In this document: in pieces, positions 51,749 through 61,808 of the stretch
How positions within the stretch are numbered: the stretch's first letter is position 1
Layout: every line of letters begins with the position of its first letter
Assembly (NCBI GenBank): GCA_963724295.1
Contig: CAVRUC010000004.1
Span: forward strand, 32,001 to 96,000
Direction of reading: 5' to 3'
Source: an uncultured Chloroflexia bacterium
Lineage (GTDB): Bacteria; Chloroflexota; Chloroflexia; Thermomicrobiales; UBA6265
DNA: 64,000 nucleotides
Made by a program: the position numbers and the translations under genes
Notes under the pieces: generated by a model
What the model was told of the DNA's origin: nothing
Seen by the model: the letters and a program-made list of their open reading frames with translations, nothing else
Databases searched by the model: none

Positions 51749-51804
51749 GCATCGCGTATTTTACACCAGACAGGCTGCGACCCGCCGTGGCGGGTCATCC
51801 GGGG

Positions 51805-51894
51805 CGGGAAGGGAGGGATTCGAACCCTCGGAGCGCTTTTTCAGCGCTCAACCGCTTAGCAGGCGGCCCCATTCGACCACTCTGGCACCTCCCC
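51805..51894 (-). tRNA. tRNA-Ser(GCT)
   Basis: GCCGC-CT-GCT-AA-GCGGT, long variable arm; upstream TGGTAGACT extended -10. Confidence 0.95.
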
Positions 51895-51996
51895 AGGTGG
51901 CTCTGTCCACGGCTGGCCAGCGGCGTCGCGTGCACAGGATTCCAGACAGAAAAGTCTACCACGGGGGCCAACCCTGAGCCGCGATTCCGCCGCCTG

Positions 51997-53703
51997 TCAG
52001 GCCGGGGCACGACCCCAGGACGAGGTACTACCTCCCCGCCGCTGACCTTGCGGCGGGGGTGCGCATTGGACCGCCGCACCCGCCGATGCCGGGGGTACTC
52101 GCAGTCGTGACGCCTGCTCGTAGGCATAGGCAATCCCGATCAGGTCGGCGTCAGCACGGGGCCGCCCGATGAAGGTCACCGAGAAGGGAGCGCCACCAGG
52201 GTAGAGTCCGGCCGGAACCGCGATCGCGGGGAACCCGGCGAATGGATAGATCAGCGATTGCAGCGTGTCGATTCCGGCCAGGACATCGAGGTCGTCAGCC
52301 TCGAGGAGACCTGTCAGGTAGTCTCGGGCCTGCTGCCGGTTGGCGCGGGAGATCTGGCGCGCCTCTTGCTCGCCGAGCGGACTCCAGAGGCAGTCGCGGA
52401 GGCGATCCTGACCCCATGGCGCGTACCGGCCAGGGTTCTCATCGTTGAAGGCGATTACGTCCGCCAGCGTGCGCACCGGCGCCTCAGTCGCTGCCAGGTA
52501 GGCGTTGACCCCCTCCCGCAGCCCCCAGTTGAACTCCGGCACGAAACCGGGACCCTCGAAATCGAATGGCGCCGGCCGGATCACGACGACCTTGGCTCCA
52601 GCGGCTTCCATCGCTCGTACCGCGTCCGTGAAGCCCGAGTTGGCGATGATCCAATCGTCGTCGGCCGGACCCGTCAATTCGATCCCGATGAGTCCGATCC
52701 GCTTGCCGCGCAAGGCATCCCGATCGAGCGCGGCCATGAAATCCGTCCCGTGCACCCCTTCGGCGCGGTCGGAATGGCGATCCCGAATATCGCGCGTATG
52801 GGTCATCGCGGTCAGTGTCGCGGCCACATCGGTCACCGTCCGTCCGATCGGCCCGGCGGTGTCGCATTCATCGCTGATAGGAACGACCCGGTCGCGGCTC
52901 ACCAGTCCTAGCGACGGCCGCATGCCGACGACCGATGCCCTGGCCGAGGGCGCCACGATTGAGCCGGCGGTCTCCGTGCCGACGGTGATCGCCGCCAGAT
53001 TCATGGTGACCGCTACCGCCGACCCGGTCGACGAGCCGAACGGATCGATCCCCGCTCCAAAGGGGCTCACCACCTGGCCGCCCAGCGCGCTGAACCCACT
53101 CGGCGCGACGTACGACATCCAGTACGCCCATTCGGAGAGGTTGGTCTTGCCCAGGATGATAGCGCCCGCCTCGCGCAAACTGGCGACAAGATGGGCGTCG
53201 CGGTCGCTGCGGGCGCCGCTCAGGGCGGCGGCGCCTGCCGTTGTGTGCAGGCGATCTCCGGTGCCGATGTTGTCCTTGAGCAGGATCGGGACACCATGCA
53301 GCGCTCCCTTCACCTGGCCGGCTGAGCGCTCGGAATCCAGGCGGGCGGCAATCTCGAGCGCCTCCGGGTTCAGCTCGATGACCGACCGCAACTGAATTGC
53401 GTCGAGTCGCCGGATGCGATCGACGTAGTACGCCACCAACTCGGATGCGCTGTAGCGACCCGCGGCGAAGTCTGCCTGGAGCTGAGGCGCGGTCGCTTCG
53501 AGGACGAAGCCATCGAGGCGGCAGCGCTTCTCGGGCGTCAGCCCGGACAGCGCCTCGGCGAAGGGTCGGAAATCGAGCGGGCGATGTGGAGGCAGAGAGA
53601 CCGCCGGCGCCGCCCGCACGCCGGTGGCTCGCCGGGTCGCGCCGCACGCCACAAGCGCGCCCAGCGCGCCCTTGATGATTGTCCGACGGTTGTACCCGCC
53701 CAC
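51997..53703 (-). CDS. Amidase signature family enzyme with Tat-type leader
   Basis: NRRTIIKG; LHGVPILLKDNI, GKTNLSEW, GSSTGSA, GTETAGSI. Confidence 0.92.
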   Translation of the reverse strand: MGGYNRRTIIKGALGALVACGATRRATGVRAAPAVSLPPHRPLDFRPFAEALSGLTPEKRCRLDGFVLEATAPQLQADFAAGRYSASELVAYYVDRIRRLDAIQLRSVIELNPEALEIAARLDSERSAGQVKGALHGVPILLKDNIGTGDRLHTTAGAAALSGARSDRDAHLVASLREAGAIILGKTNLSEWAYWMSYVAPSGFSALGGQVVSPFGAGIDPFGSSTGSAVAVTMNLAAITVGTETAGSIVAPSARASVVGMRPSLGLVSRDRVVPISDECDTAGPIGRTVTDVAATLTAMTHTRDIRDRHSDRAEGVHGTDFMAALDRDALRGKRIGLIGIELTGPADDDWIIANSGFTDAVRAMEAAGAKVVVIRPAPFDFEGPGFVPEFNWGLREGVNAYLAATEAPVRTLADVIAFNDENPGRYAPWGQDRLRDCLWSPLGEQEARQISRANRQQARDYLTGLLEADDLDVLAGIDTLQSLIYPFAGFPAIAVPAGLYPGGAPFSVTFIGRPRADADLIGIAYAYEQASRLRVPPASAGAAVQCAPPPQGQRRGGSTSSWGRAPA

Positions 53704-54136
53704 AGCTTGCCCTTCCCCCCTGGCGGCTCAGGGATGCGAGCGCCGATCCCCTCCGCCAGTGCCCATTCTAGAGGCATCCTCCCGTGCCGCAAGGTTCATT
53801 CGCGAACCGTGCCTATGCCAGTCCGGAGAATGAGGACTCGTAGGGTCTCGTCCGAGAGATGCGCTTGCCGTTGGATGAAGCGCGATCCTTCGCTCCGCCC
53901 AGGAGGGGCTGGCATTGACATGAGCGCGCTAGGCGATCGGGCCCAACCACCGCCAATCGCTCCAGGATGCCCTGCTTGCCTGAGCCGCGCTTCCGAGGCT
54001 GACTGAAACCATGTGTCAAGCCTGTCGTAGCGAGGCGCCAATCGACGTGATGCTATCCTCTGGCGAAGACGCGCCTTAGGCATAGCACCGATCGCCGACC
54101 CGCGGGACCTCGATCGCCGGTCGGAGGAGAACAGGG

Positions 54137-54865
54137 TTGACGCCACTCCTCGATGCCGTCGCCCTCGAGAAGATCCCTTTGTTCCGCGGACTGACTCCGA
54201 CCGAGCAACGGCAGCTTCTCGATCTCCTGGGCGTAAGAAGCTTCGCCGCGGGCGTCGACATCCTCAGGGCAGAGCAACCAGGAGACGTCGCTTACATCGT
54301 CCTCGATGGCACAGTCAAAGTTCAGGTTGACCGTCCGGATGGAATCTCAGTCATCCTCGCCATATTGCGCGCAGGCGAGGTTGCGGGGGAGATGAGCCTC
54401 ATCGACCATCTTGGCCGCTCTGCCACGGTCGTGGCGATGGAACAAACCACCGTCGCCTGGCTAACGCACACCGACTTCTGGAACTGCCTGCGGTCCATGC
54501 CGACGATGACATTCAACCTCGGCGGCATTCTTTCCAGGCGGCTGCGCCTCTCGAATGCGCACGTCATAGCCCTCGCGACGCTGGATATCGAACGCCGACT
54601 CGCCGATCAACTCCTCACGCTGGTCGAGGAGTACGGCGACGCAACAGCAGACGGTGGTTGCCGGATCCCTTTTCGGTTGACCCAGGGTGATCTGGCGGCG
54701 TTGGTTGGGGCTTCACGGGTGCGCGTCAATCAGATCCTGGTCAACTGGAAGCACAACGGCTACCTGGCTGTCGACGGACGGCATGTCGTCACCCTCCTCA
54801 ATCGACGCGCATTGGCAGAGATGGTGCCCGGCCTACGCACCGAACTGCCCCGGCGCGAGGTGTAA
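54137..54865 (+). CDS. Crp/Fnr family transcriptional regulator
   Basis: GEMSL...RSATV cNMP-binding motif; LTQGDLAALVGASRVRVNQIL HTH; GGAGG RBS. Confidence 0.93.
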   Translation: MTPLLDAVALEKIPLFRGLTPTEQRQLLDLLGVRSFAAGVDILRAEQPGDVAYIVLDGTVKVQVDRPDGISVILAILRAGEVAGEMSLIDHLGRSATVVAMEQTTVAWLTHTDFWNCLRSMPTMTFNLGGILSRRLRLSNAHVIALATLDIERRLADQLLTLVEEYGDATADGGCRIPFRLTQGDLAALVGASRVRVNQILVNWKHNGYLAVDGRHVVTLLNRRALAEMVPGLRTELPRREV

Positions 54866-54989
54866 AGCACTTAGCTGCGCCGTCGATCGTACTGACATAC
54901 GATGCCACCACCGGGGTGAACCTCGGGGACTAACTTCGTCGAGCACCCGCGCTCGGCAGATCGCATCATCACCCGTCTCAGGAGTTGGC

Positions 54990-57900
54990 ATGATCAGGCA
55001 GCGCGCTCTCGCGTGGGCGGCCGTACTGGCATTGGTTGCAACCGTCCAGATCGCACCCCTACCCCCTCAATACACCGTCTCCGGCGCCGCGCTTGCCCAG
55101 AATGAATCAGCCAGTGAGACCAGTGATGCTGACCAGCCGGCTGATCTGGCCATCGTTGCGTTGCACTGTGCCGAGGCGCCCGCGGCTGAGGCGCTGACGT
55201 CGTACTTCGCCAATGCGACGCTCCCAACGAGATGCGCGCCCGCCGTGGGTGTGGCCATCGCTGTCACGGAGAATGGGGATCCCGTTCCCGGCAGCCCTTT
55301 CACGACCGACGTCGCCGGTACCCTCACGCTCCCTGTCGCCCTGGGTTCTGCGGTCACTGTTGCAGAAGACCCCAAGTCGCTACCGGCTGGATATGAGCCT
55401 CTTGCGCTAGAGGCCAACGGCGTCCCTTATGCGAACCCGGTCCAACTCGACCCGGCCGTGGCGGGAGCGGCCGTGCTCTTCGTCAACGTGCCACGCACCG
55501 TCATCAAGGAACTGGACCAGGGCACGTCTACCGACGCGGGTGAGCCGACGGATCTGACGGTGGTGGCGCTGCAGTGCGCCGATGCACCCACGACGAAGGC
55601 GCTCACGTCGTTCTTCAGCAATGGAACACCGCCGAGCGGATGCGCGCCGGCGGCAGGATTGACCGTCGCCGTCACGGAGAACGACAAACCGCTCTCCGGC
55701 AGCCCGTTCCGGACCGACACAGCCGGTACCCTGGCGGTCCGCATCGGCCTGGGCTCCAAGGTTACGGTCAAGGAAGACCCGAACTCACTGCCGTCCGGAT
55801 ATGAACCGCTCACCCAGGAGGCCAACGGGGTTCCCTACGCCAACCCGGTGCAGCTCGACTCGGCGGTGGACGGCGCCGCCGTGCTCTTCGTCAACGTGCC
55901 GAGCTCCGTCGCCGCGCAGATTCAGCGCACATCGGTGGCGGAGGCCGATGAACCCGTCGACCTGGCCGATGGAGTCACGTCCAACCTCAATGCCTCGGCG
56001 CTGGCGTCCACCGACACGCCGGAGTGGGCAGGATGTGATCCGGCCTACCCCGACCGGCGAACCTGCATCCCGCCCGGCCGGCCGCTCGCCGCGCCCTGTT
56101 CGATCACCGACGAGCGCAACTTCACCGTGCTCCCCCCGGATCCGAGGGGGCTGGACCATGACGGTGACGGTATTGGCTGCGAGCCCGTCGGAGGGACCGT
56201 CAATAACGGCGCCGGCTTCAATGCCTACGCCCGCGGCTATGCTCCCTTCTCCGCTCCTGCAAGCGCAAGCAACGACGCGAGTGCCTTTGCGGCTAGCGCC
56301 GTCCGCGGCAGTGATGGCGCCTGGGGCTTGACTCGCGAGGGTGCCGTTCCCACGGACCGGCGCGTGCATTCCGATCTTACCCGCGCGGGTCTCTGGTTCT
56401 GGCGTCCCGACCGCATCGATGACGGCTTCAGGTTCGCGCACCTCGACCACTCCCGAGCCGGGCTCTGGTTCGTGCCTCGCGGTCGTATCGGCACCGGCAA
56501 CGTCGCGGTCGCCAGCAACCCCGTCGTCATCGGCAACGGCGCCTGGTTGTGGCCCAATAGCGTCTTCCTCGGCAACCTCACCGTCGCTCGCTCCGGCTCC
56601 GGAAACCTCGCCGTCGCGAATAACCCCGTCGTCATCGGCCAAGGTATCTGGACCTGGCCCCGTCGCATCAACAATGACGACTGGTTCTGGAGTGCACGCA
56701 ACCGCGCCGACGATCGGCACTGGCCCGACAGCGTCGCCAAGGGCGTCTGGATCTGGCCCGGCAATGGAGCCCGGGCTGGTAACGGCGGCATCGCTCTCTG
56801 CAACGCCAATGGGGGCATCATCCAGCTTGGCGACGTCAACAGCGGAGGAAACCGCGGCAACATGATCGCCGTCGGCAACACCTATGGCTCGGTCAAGATC
56901 GACGGCGGGACCATCAACAATCGCACCAGCGTCGACCTCGACGCCAACGGCGGGTATTGTCGCGCCGACGCCAGCGGCGGTAGCGACAACGTCGCCATTG
57001 CGAGCAATCCCATCGTCATTGGCCGTGGCGTCTCGACCTGGCCTGGCCGCACCCATCTCGGCAACGATGATTGGCGCTGGCCCAATCACATCGGCGATGA
57101 CCTCTGGTTCTGGCCAAACCGCATCAGCGTCGGCAATCTCACCGTCGCCCGCTCGGGCAACGGCAACGTGGCCATTGCCAGCAATCCCATCTTCATCGGC
57201 AGAGGGCTCTGGAGATGGCCTGGCCACACCGGTGATGATGACTGGTTCGGACATGACCGCCTCGACAATGGCGTCTGGAACTGGCCGGGTCGCATCGCCG
57301 TTGGTAATCTCGCTGTCGCCCGCTCAGGCTCCGGCAATCTCGCCGTCGTCAGCAACCGCGTTGTCATCAGCAACGGCCTCTGGACGTGGCCGAACCGGCC
57401 CGGCAACGACGAGTGGCGCGGGCGAAACCGCTTCGGCCACCGCATCTGGGGCTGGCCCAACACCATCAGCGTCGGCAACCTCTCCATCGCTGGCTCCGGG
57501 AATGGCAACGTCGCCATCGCTAGCAACCCTGTCTTCATTAGCAGCGGCGTCTGGCACTGGCCCGGTCACATCGGCAACGGATCCTGGCTCTGGCCGAACC
57601 GCAACAACGGCGGTTGGCGCTGGCCGAATCACTTCGGCAAAGGCGTCTGGGGCTGGCCCGGCACCATCAGCGTCGGTAACCTCACGATTGCTCGCTCTGG
57701 CAGTGGCAACGTCGCCATCGTCAGCAACCCCATCGTCATCGTCAATGGCGCCTGGTTCGTGCCCCACGACCGCAACCATGACGATGACTGGCTCATGCGC
57801 GACGACCGCGACCGCGCCGAGACATCTGGTGTCGAGTCGCTCACGATCAACGGCGGTCTCGTCGTCAAGTCGTCGCCCGCTTCCTCCGGGCAGCCACCCG

Positions 57901-58859
57901 CTGACTCGGCCCAGCTAACCGGCGACGGCGACCTCGCGCAGCCGAGCGATGGCAAGATCGAAACGCTGACGATCAACGATGGGCTCGCCGTCGAACCGTC
58001 GGGTGACGGCAGCGCGGAACCACCCGGCGGCAGCGCGGAACCACCCGGCACCAGCAGCGTCAATCCGCCCAGCGACAGCACTGCCGCGCCGCCGAGTGAC
58101 GCCAGCATGGCACCGCCGGCCGACGCCGCAGGCCAGCCGCCCGACGCCGGTGCGCCGGATGCCGGCTATGTCGACCCGGGCGTCGAAGCCAGCAATCCCG
58201 CCGCAGATCCCGGTGTCGACCCCGGTTACGTCGCGACCGATCCCAATTACGTCGATCCCGCCCTTGATCCTGGCGTCGTCGCGCCTGATCCCGCTATCGA
58301 TCCCGGATACGTTGCGCCCGAACAGACCTATGTCGCCCCAGATGCTGGCTCCAGTCCTCCCGAGTCGAGCTACGTCGACCCCGGCTACGCCGAGCCAAGC
58401 GTGGAACCCAGCTACGTCGAGCCAAGCTACGTCGATCCCGGCCCCGCCGCGGCCGATGCAGGCAACTGGGCGCCAGATCCCGGCTACGTTGCACCGGAGC
58501 CAAACTACACCCAACCGGAACCGGTGTTCACCCAGGACCCGACCTACGTCGATCCCGGCAACGTCGCGCCGGACCCGGGCATTGACCTCAGTAATGCCGC
58601 GCCCGATCCCGGCGACTTCGCCGATCCTGGCATCGGCCCCGGCAACGTCGATCCCGGTAACGTCGCGGCGAATTCCAACGCTGTCGCGCCCGATTTCAGC
58701 GCCGGTCCGGGTAACGGCGCACCCGATCCCAGCTTCGATGCCGGAGCTGGTCCCGGTAACGTCGATCTCGGCGGCGACATTGGCGGCGATTCGGGCAACG
58801 TCGCGCCTAATCCCGACGCTGGTCACGGTGATCGAGATCGAGGAGGCGATAACGACTGA
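54990..58859 (+). CDS. 1289-aa secreted multi-repeat protein (2 Cys-paired domains, excalibur-like motif, Trp/Asn/Gly repeats, acidic Pro-rich tail)
   Basis: AGGAG RBS and signal peptide; repeats visible in the translation. Confidence 0.88.
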   Translation: MIRQRALAWAAVLALVATVQIAPLPPQYTVSGAALAQNESASETSDADQPADLAIVALHCAEAPAAEALTSYFANATLPTRCAPAVGVAIAVTENGDPVPGSPFTTDVAGTLTLPVALGSAVTVAEDPKSLPAGYEPLALEANGVPYANPVQLDPAVAGAAVLFVNVPRTVIKELDQGTSTDAGEPTDLTVVALQCADAPTTKALTSFFSNGTPPSGCAPAAGLTVAVTENDKPLSGSPFRTDTAGTLAVRIGLGSKVTVKEDPNSLPSGYEPLTQEANGVPYANPVQLDSAVDGAAVLFVNVPSSVAAQIQRTSVAEADEPVDLADGVTSNLNASALASTDTPEWAGCDPAYPDRRTCIPPGRPLAAPCSITDERNFTVLPPDPRGLDHDGDGIGCEPVGGTVNNGAGFNAYARGYAPFSAPASASNDASAFAASAVRGSDGAWGLTREGAVPTDRRVHSDLTRAGLWFWRPDRIDDGFRFAHLDHSRAGLWFVPRGRIGTGNVAVASNPVVIGNGAWLWPNSVFLGNLTVARSGSGNLAVANNPVVIGQGIWTWPRRINNDDWFWSARNRADDRHWPDSVAKGVWIWPGNGARAGNGGIALCNANGGIIQLGDVNSGGNRGNMIAVGNTYGSVKIDGGTINNRTSVDLDANGGYCRADASGGSDNVAIASNPIVIGRGVSTWPGRTHLGNDDWRWPNHIGDDLWFWPNRISVGNLTVARSGNGNVAIASNPIFIGRGLWRWPGHTGDDDWFGHDRLDNGVWNWPGRIAVGNLAVARSGSGNLAVVSNRVVISNGLWTWPNRPGNDEWRGRNRFGHRIWGWPNTISVGNLSIAGSGNGNVAIASNPVFISSGVWHWPGHIGNGSWLWPNRNNGGWRWPNHFGKGVWGWPGTISVGNLTIARSGSGNVAIVSNPIVIVNGAWFVPHDRNHDDDWLMRDDRDRAETSGVESLTINGGLVVKSSPASSGQPPADSAQLTGDGDLAQPSDGKIETLTINDGLAVEPSGDGSAEPPGGSAEPPGTSSVNPPSDSTAAPPSDASMAPPADAAGQPPDAGAPDAGYVDPGVEASNPAADPGVDPGYVATDPNYVDPALDPGVVAPDPAIDPGYVAPEQTYVAPDAGSSPPESSYVDPGYAEPSVEPSYVEPSYVDPGPAAADAGNWAPDPGYVAPEPNYTQPEPVFTQDPTYVDPGNVAPDPGIDLSNAAPDPGDFADPGIGPGNVDPGNVAANSNAVAPDFSAGPGNGAPDPSFDAGAGPGNVDLGGDIGGDSGNVAPNPDAGHGDRDRGGDND

Positions 58860-58969
58860 ATGACTGGGTTGATGGGCTTGAGTCTGCTGCGGGGTAAGTT
58901 GATGCTCGCAGTAGCGCTGTTCTCGTCCGCCGAATTCACCGAGCTGCGGCGTCGCCCGTGATGCGGCCA

Positions 58970-59236
58970 GCGGGGCAGAGGGCATTCGACCGCGACTCTG
59001 CGGGTTCATCCCGGATCGAACACGGTCTTATGTTCTGTGATGCCTTAGGTGAACCGCTTCCACTCCGGGCGGCACACGGCAGCAACGATCCCGCTCACGG
59101 AGGGAGCGCACGTCAGGCAGGTAGTAGCGACGCTCGGCCAGTCCACCTCGTGCCGACGCTCGATACCTGTGCGCATGTGATCCCCGCGATGCATAGCGAT
59201 ACCGCGGCCGCAATGGATGCGGTTTTCACCCTCTAG
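58970..59236 (+). pseudogene. Tyrosine integrase C-terminal remnant
   Basis: EHGLMFCDALGEPL, then in shifted frames RFHSGRHTAATIPLTEGAHVRQVVATLGQS and TLDTCAHVIPAMHSDTAAAMDAVF (decayed HxLRH, LGH and Y motifs). Confidence 0.8.
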
Positions 59237-59271
59237 CGGCATTTGCGGGAACGATTCAGCACGACATCGAC

Positions 59272-60003
59272 TCAGCGGGCATAGACCGAGACATGGCGGG
59301 GGCTGGTGGCCGTGAACGGTTCCCGGTTCCATCCAGCCCATCGGTCCTTGAGGCGTAGTCCAGCGATGCGCGCCATCAGATCGAGCTCGCTCGGCCAGGC
59401 GTAGCGCGTCACGATCGGATACAGGCGCACGCCGTCGCGGGACAACACCACGTGGCTCTCGTCGAGCAACTGGCGCACGGGATCGTGCCGCCCCACGTCG
59501 AGGCGCACCTCATCGACGTCGATCGCCTCGGCGTCGACGTATTGCTCGTCTCGCAAGCGGTTGAGATAGGTCGGCACGAACGCCTCGACGACAAACGCGC
59601 CATCGTCGGTGAGATGGGCGGCTACGTTCTCGAAACATCGCACCTGGTCATCTTGGGTCAGAAGGTTGAACAGCGTGTTGAACACGATGTAGATCAGGCG
59701 GTAGCGGTCCGGGACCGCCACGTCGGCGAAGTCACCGATAGTGACCGGAATCTGGTCGCCGCCCGGCTTGGCGCGGAGTCTGGCGACCATCGCGGGTGAG
59801 AGATCGATGCCGGCGAGACGGACGCCCCGTGCCGCGAGGGGCAGCCCGATCCGCCCGGTACCGATCGCCAGCTCCAGAGCGGGGCCGCCCTGCGCGAGGC
59901 GCTCCAGGAACGCCACCGTCTCGGCTTCATCCCCGCGGGGAGTCTGGTCGTAGATCTCGGCGGTGTCCTCCCCAAAACTCAGGGTGGGCTCGTAATCCTT
60001 CAT
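59272..60003 (-). CDS. Class I SAM-dependent methyltransferase
   Basis: ALELAIGTGRI, GIDLSPAM, VFNTLFNL, RYAWPSELDLMA. Confidence 0.92.
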   Translation of the reverse strand: MKDYEPTLSFGEDTAEIYDQTPRGDEAETVAFLERLAQGGPALELAIGTGRIGLPLAARGVRLAGIDLSPAMVARLRAKPGGDQIPVTIGDFADVAVPDRYRLIYIVFNTLFNLLTQDDQVRCFENVAAHLTDDGAFVVEAFVPTYLNRLRDEQYVDAEAIDVDEVRLDVGRHDPVRQLLDESHVVLSRDGVRLYPIVTRYAWPSELDLMARIAGLRLKDRWAGWNREPFTATSPRHVSVYAR

Positions 60004-60168
60004 CGTCGGTTCGCTTCCCCCTCCGTTGCCAGACGCCGCCATGGCGATGGATGCGGTATTCCGCGCAGCCTCTGACACTGTGCAGTCGGTTTTGTTGGCA
60101 ATACCAACAACGTGCCGGGTCGCGTTTGCACCCGGCACTCCTTGTCCGCATCGATATCCGGTTCTTCG

Positions 60169-60255
60169 TGGCGGAGAGGGTGGGATTCGAACCCACGGAG
60201 CTCATCGCTCGGCTGTTTTCAAGACAGCTGCCTTCAACCGCTCGGCCACCTCTCC
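60169..60255 (-). tRNA. tRNA-Ser(TGA)
   Basis: GCTGT-CT-TGA-AA-ACAGC, long variable arm, encoded CCA; upstream TGGTAAAAT extended -10. Confidence 0.96.
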
Positions 60256-60399
60256 ATCGTTGACCGCCATGACCCAGGATTCTGGATCGCTGGGGAACAC
60301 ACAATTTTACCACCAGGGTGTCATGGCATCGTGTCAGTCCGACGCACCGCAAGTTGCGGGAGAAGCTCGTCGTCGCGGCACGAATAAAAGGCAAACGAC

Positions 60400-60424
60400 G
60401 AGATCCCTCGTGCCTCGGGATGAC
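60400..60424. repeat. REP-like palindrome (GAGATCC...GGATGAC type)
   Basis: GAGATCCCTCGTGCCTCGGGATGAC; related inverted copy at 51086-51113. Confidence 0.55.
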
Positions 60425-60459
60425 ACCGCTGGGGAATGAGACTGGTAGGGGATGACCCC

Positions 60460-61764
60460 TTACCCTGCCGGGCAGGCTGGACCGATCGGCGGTTGGGGGC
60501 CGATGACCGCTTGACCGCCCAGATATGGCCGCAGCACCATCGGTACCTCGATCGTGCCGTCTGGCCGCTGGTACTGCTCCATGATGGCGATCATCGTCCG
60601 CGGCAGGGCCAGTCCCGAACCATTCAGGGTATGCACGAAGCGCGGTCTGCCGCCCTCAGCCGGCCGGAAGCGGATGTTGGCCCGCCGCGCCTGGAAATCT
60701 TCGAAGCGCCCGCACGACGAGACTTCTAACCACTCCTCCGATCCCGGCGCCCAGGTTTCCAGGTCGATCTTGTCGGCGGCGGCAAAGCCCAGGTCGCCCG
60801 TGCTGAGCTGCACCTCGCGGTAGGGTAGATCGAGCGCGCGCAAGGTGTCCGCGGCTTCCTCAATCAGCCGCCGGTGCTCCTCGGCCGAGCGATCGGGATG
60901 GACGAACTTGACCATCTCCACTTTGTCGAACTGGTAGCCGCGCTTGATGCCGCGCACATCCCGCCCGGCTGAGATCTGCTCCCGCCGGAAGCAGGGCGTG
61001 TAGGCGACGTGGTAGATCGGCAGCAGCGCCTCGTCGAGGATCTCGTCCCGGTAGAGGTTCGTCACCGGAACCTCGGCGGTCGGAATCAGCCATTTGTCCT
61101 CTTCCGCGTCCCGGTAGAGGTTCTGAGAGAACTTCGGCAGGTTCCCGGTGCCGATCAGCGTCTCCTCCAGGACGAGAAATGGCGGATAGACCTCCTGGTA
61201 GCCGTGCTGCCGGGTGTGCAGATCGAGCATCCAGGTGATCAGCGCTCGTTGCAGCCGGGCGCCATCTCCGCGCAGAACGTAGAACCGGGACCCGGCGACT
61301 TTCACCCCCCGCTCGAAATCAATGAGGCCCAGTGACTCGGCCAGCTCCCAATGCGGCTGCGGGGTGAAGTCGAATGCGCGCTTCGTCCCGTACTCGGCGA
61401 CCACGACGTTGCCGCTCTCGTCAGGAGCGACCGGGACGTGCTCCAGGGGAATGTTGGGCACCTCGAGCAACAAGCGATAGAGCTTGGCGTCGACCGCCTT
61501 CACCTCTTCGTCGAGTCCGGCGATGCGGTCGCCCAGCTCGCGCATGCGGAGGATCAGCGGCTCCCGCTGCGCGGCGTCCCTGGTGCGACCGACTTCCTTC
61601 GAGCCCTGGTTGAGCTCGGCTTTGAGTGATTCGACGTCAGTCAGCAGCGCGCGGCGGCGCTCGTCCAGCGTCACGATCTCATCGAGCGGCGCTTCGGTGT
61701 ACGTGGTAGCGATCGCGGCCTTGACGCGCTCCGGGTCCTCACGTATGAGTCGCAGGTCGAGCAT
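60460..61764 (-). CDS. serS: Serine--tRNA ligase
   Basis: N-terminal coiled coil, LIPTAEVP, CFRRE, QFDKVEM, EVSSC, HTLNGSGLA. Confidence 0.97.
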   Translation of the reverse strand: MLDLRLIREDPERVKAAIATTYTEAPLDEIVTLDERRRALLTDVESLKAELNQGSKEVGRTRDAAQREPLILRMRELGDRIAGLDEEVKAVDAKLYRLLLEVPNIPLEHVPVAPDESGNVVVAEYGTKRAFDFTPQPHWELAESLGLIDFERGVKVAGSRFYVLRGDGARLQRALITWMLDLHTRQHGYQEVYPPFLVLEETLIGTGNLPKFSQNLYRDAEEDKWLIPTAEVPVTNLYRDEILDEALLPIYHVAYTPCFRREQISAGRDVRGIKRGYQFDKVEMVKFVHPDRSAEEHRRLIEEAADTLRALDLPYREVQLSTGDLGFAAADKIDLETWAPGSEEWLEVSSCGRFEDFQARRANIRFRPAEGGRPRFVHTLNGSGLALPRTMIAIMEQYQRPDGTIEVPMVLRPYLGGQAVIGPQPPIGPACPAG

Positions 61765-61808
61765 TTCGGCTCCCTCTCGTTCTCGCCAGGGTCATGCGTC
61801 CTGGGCAC

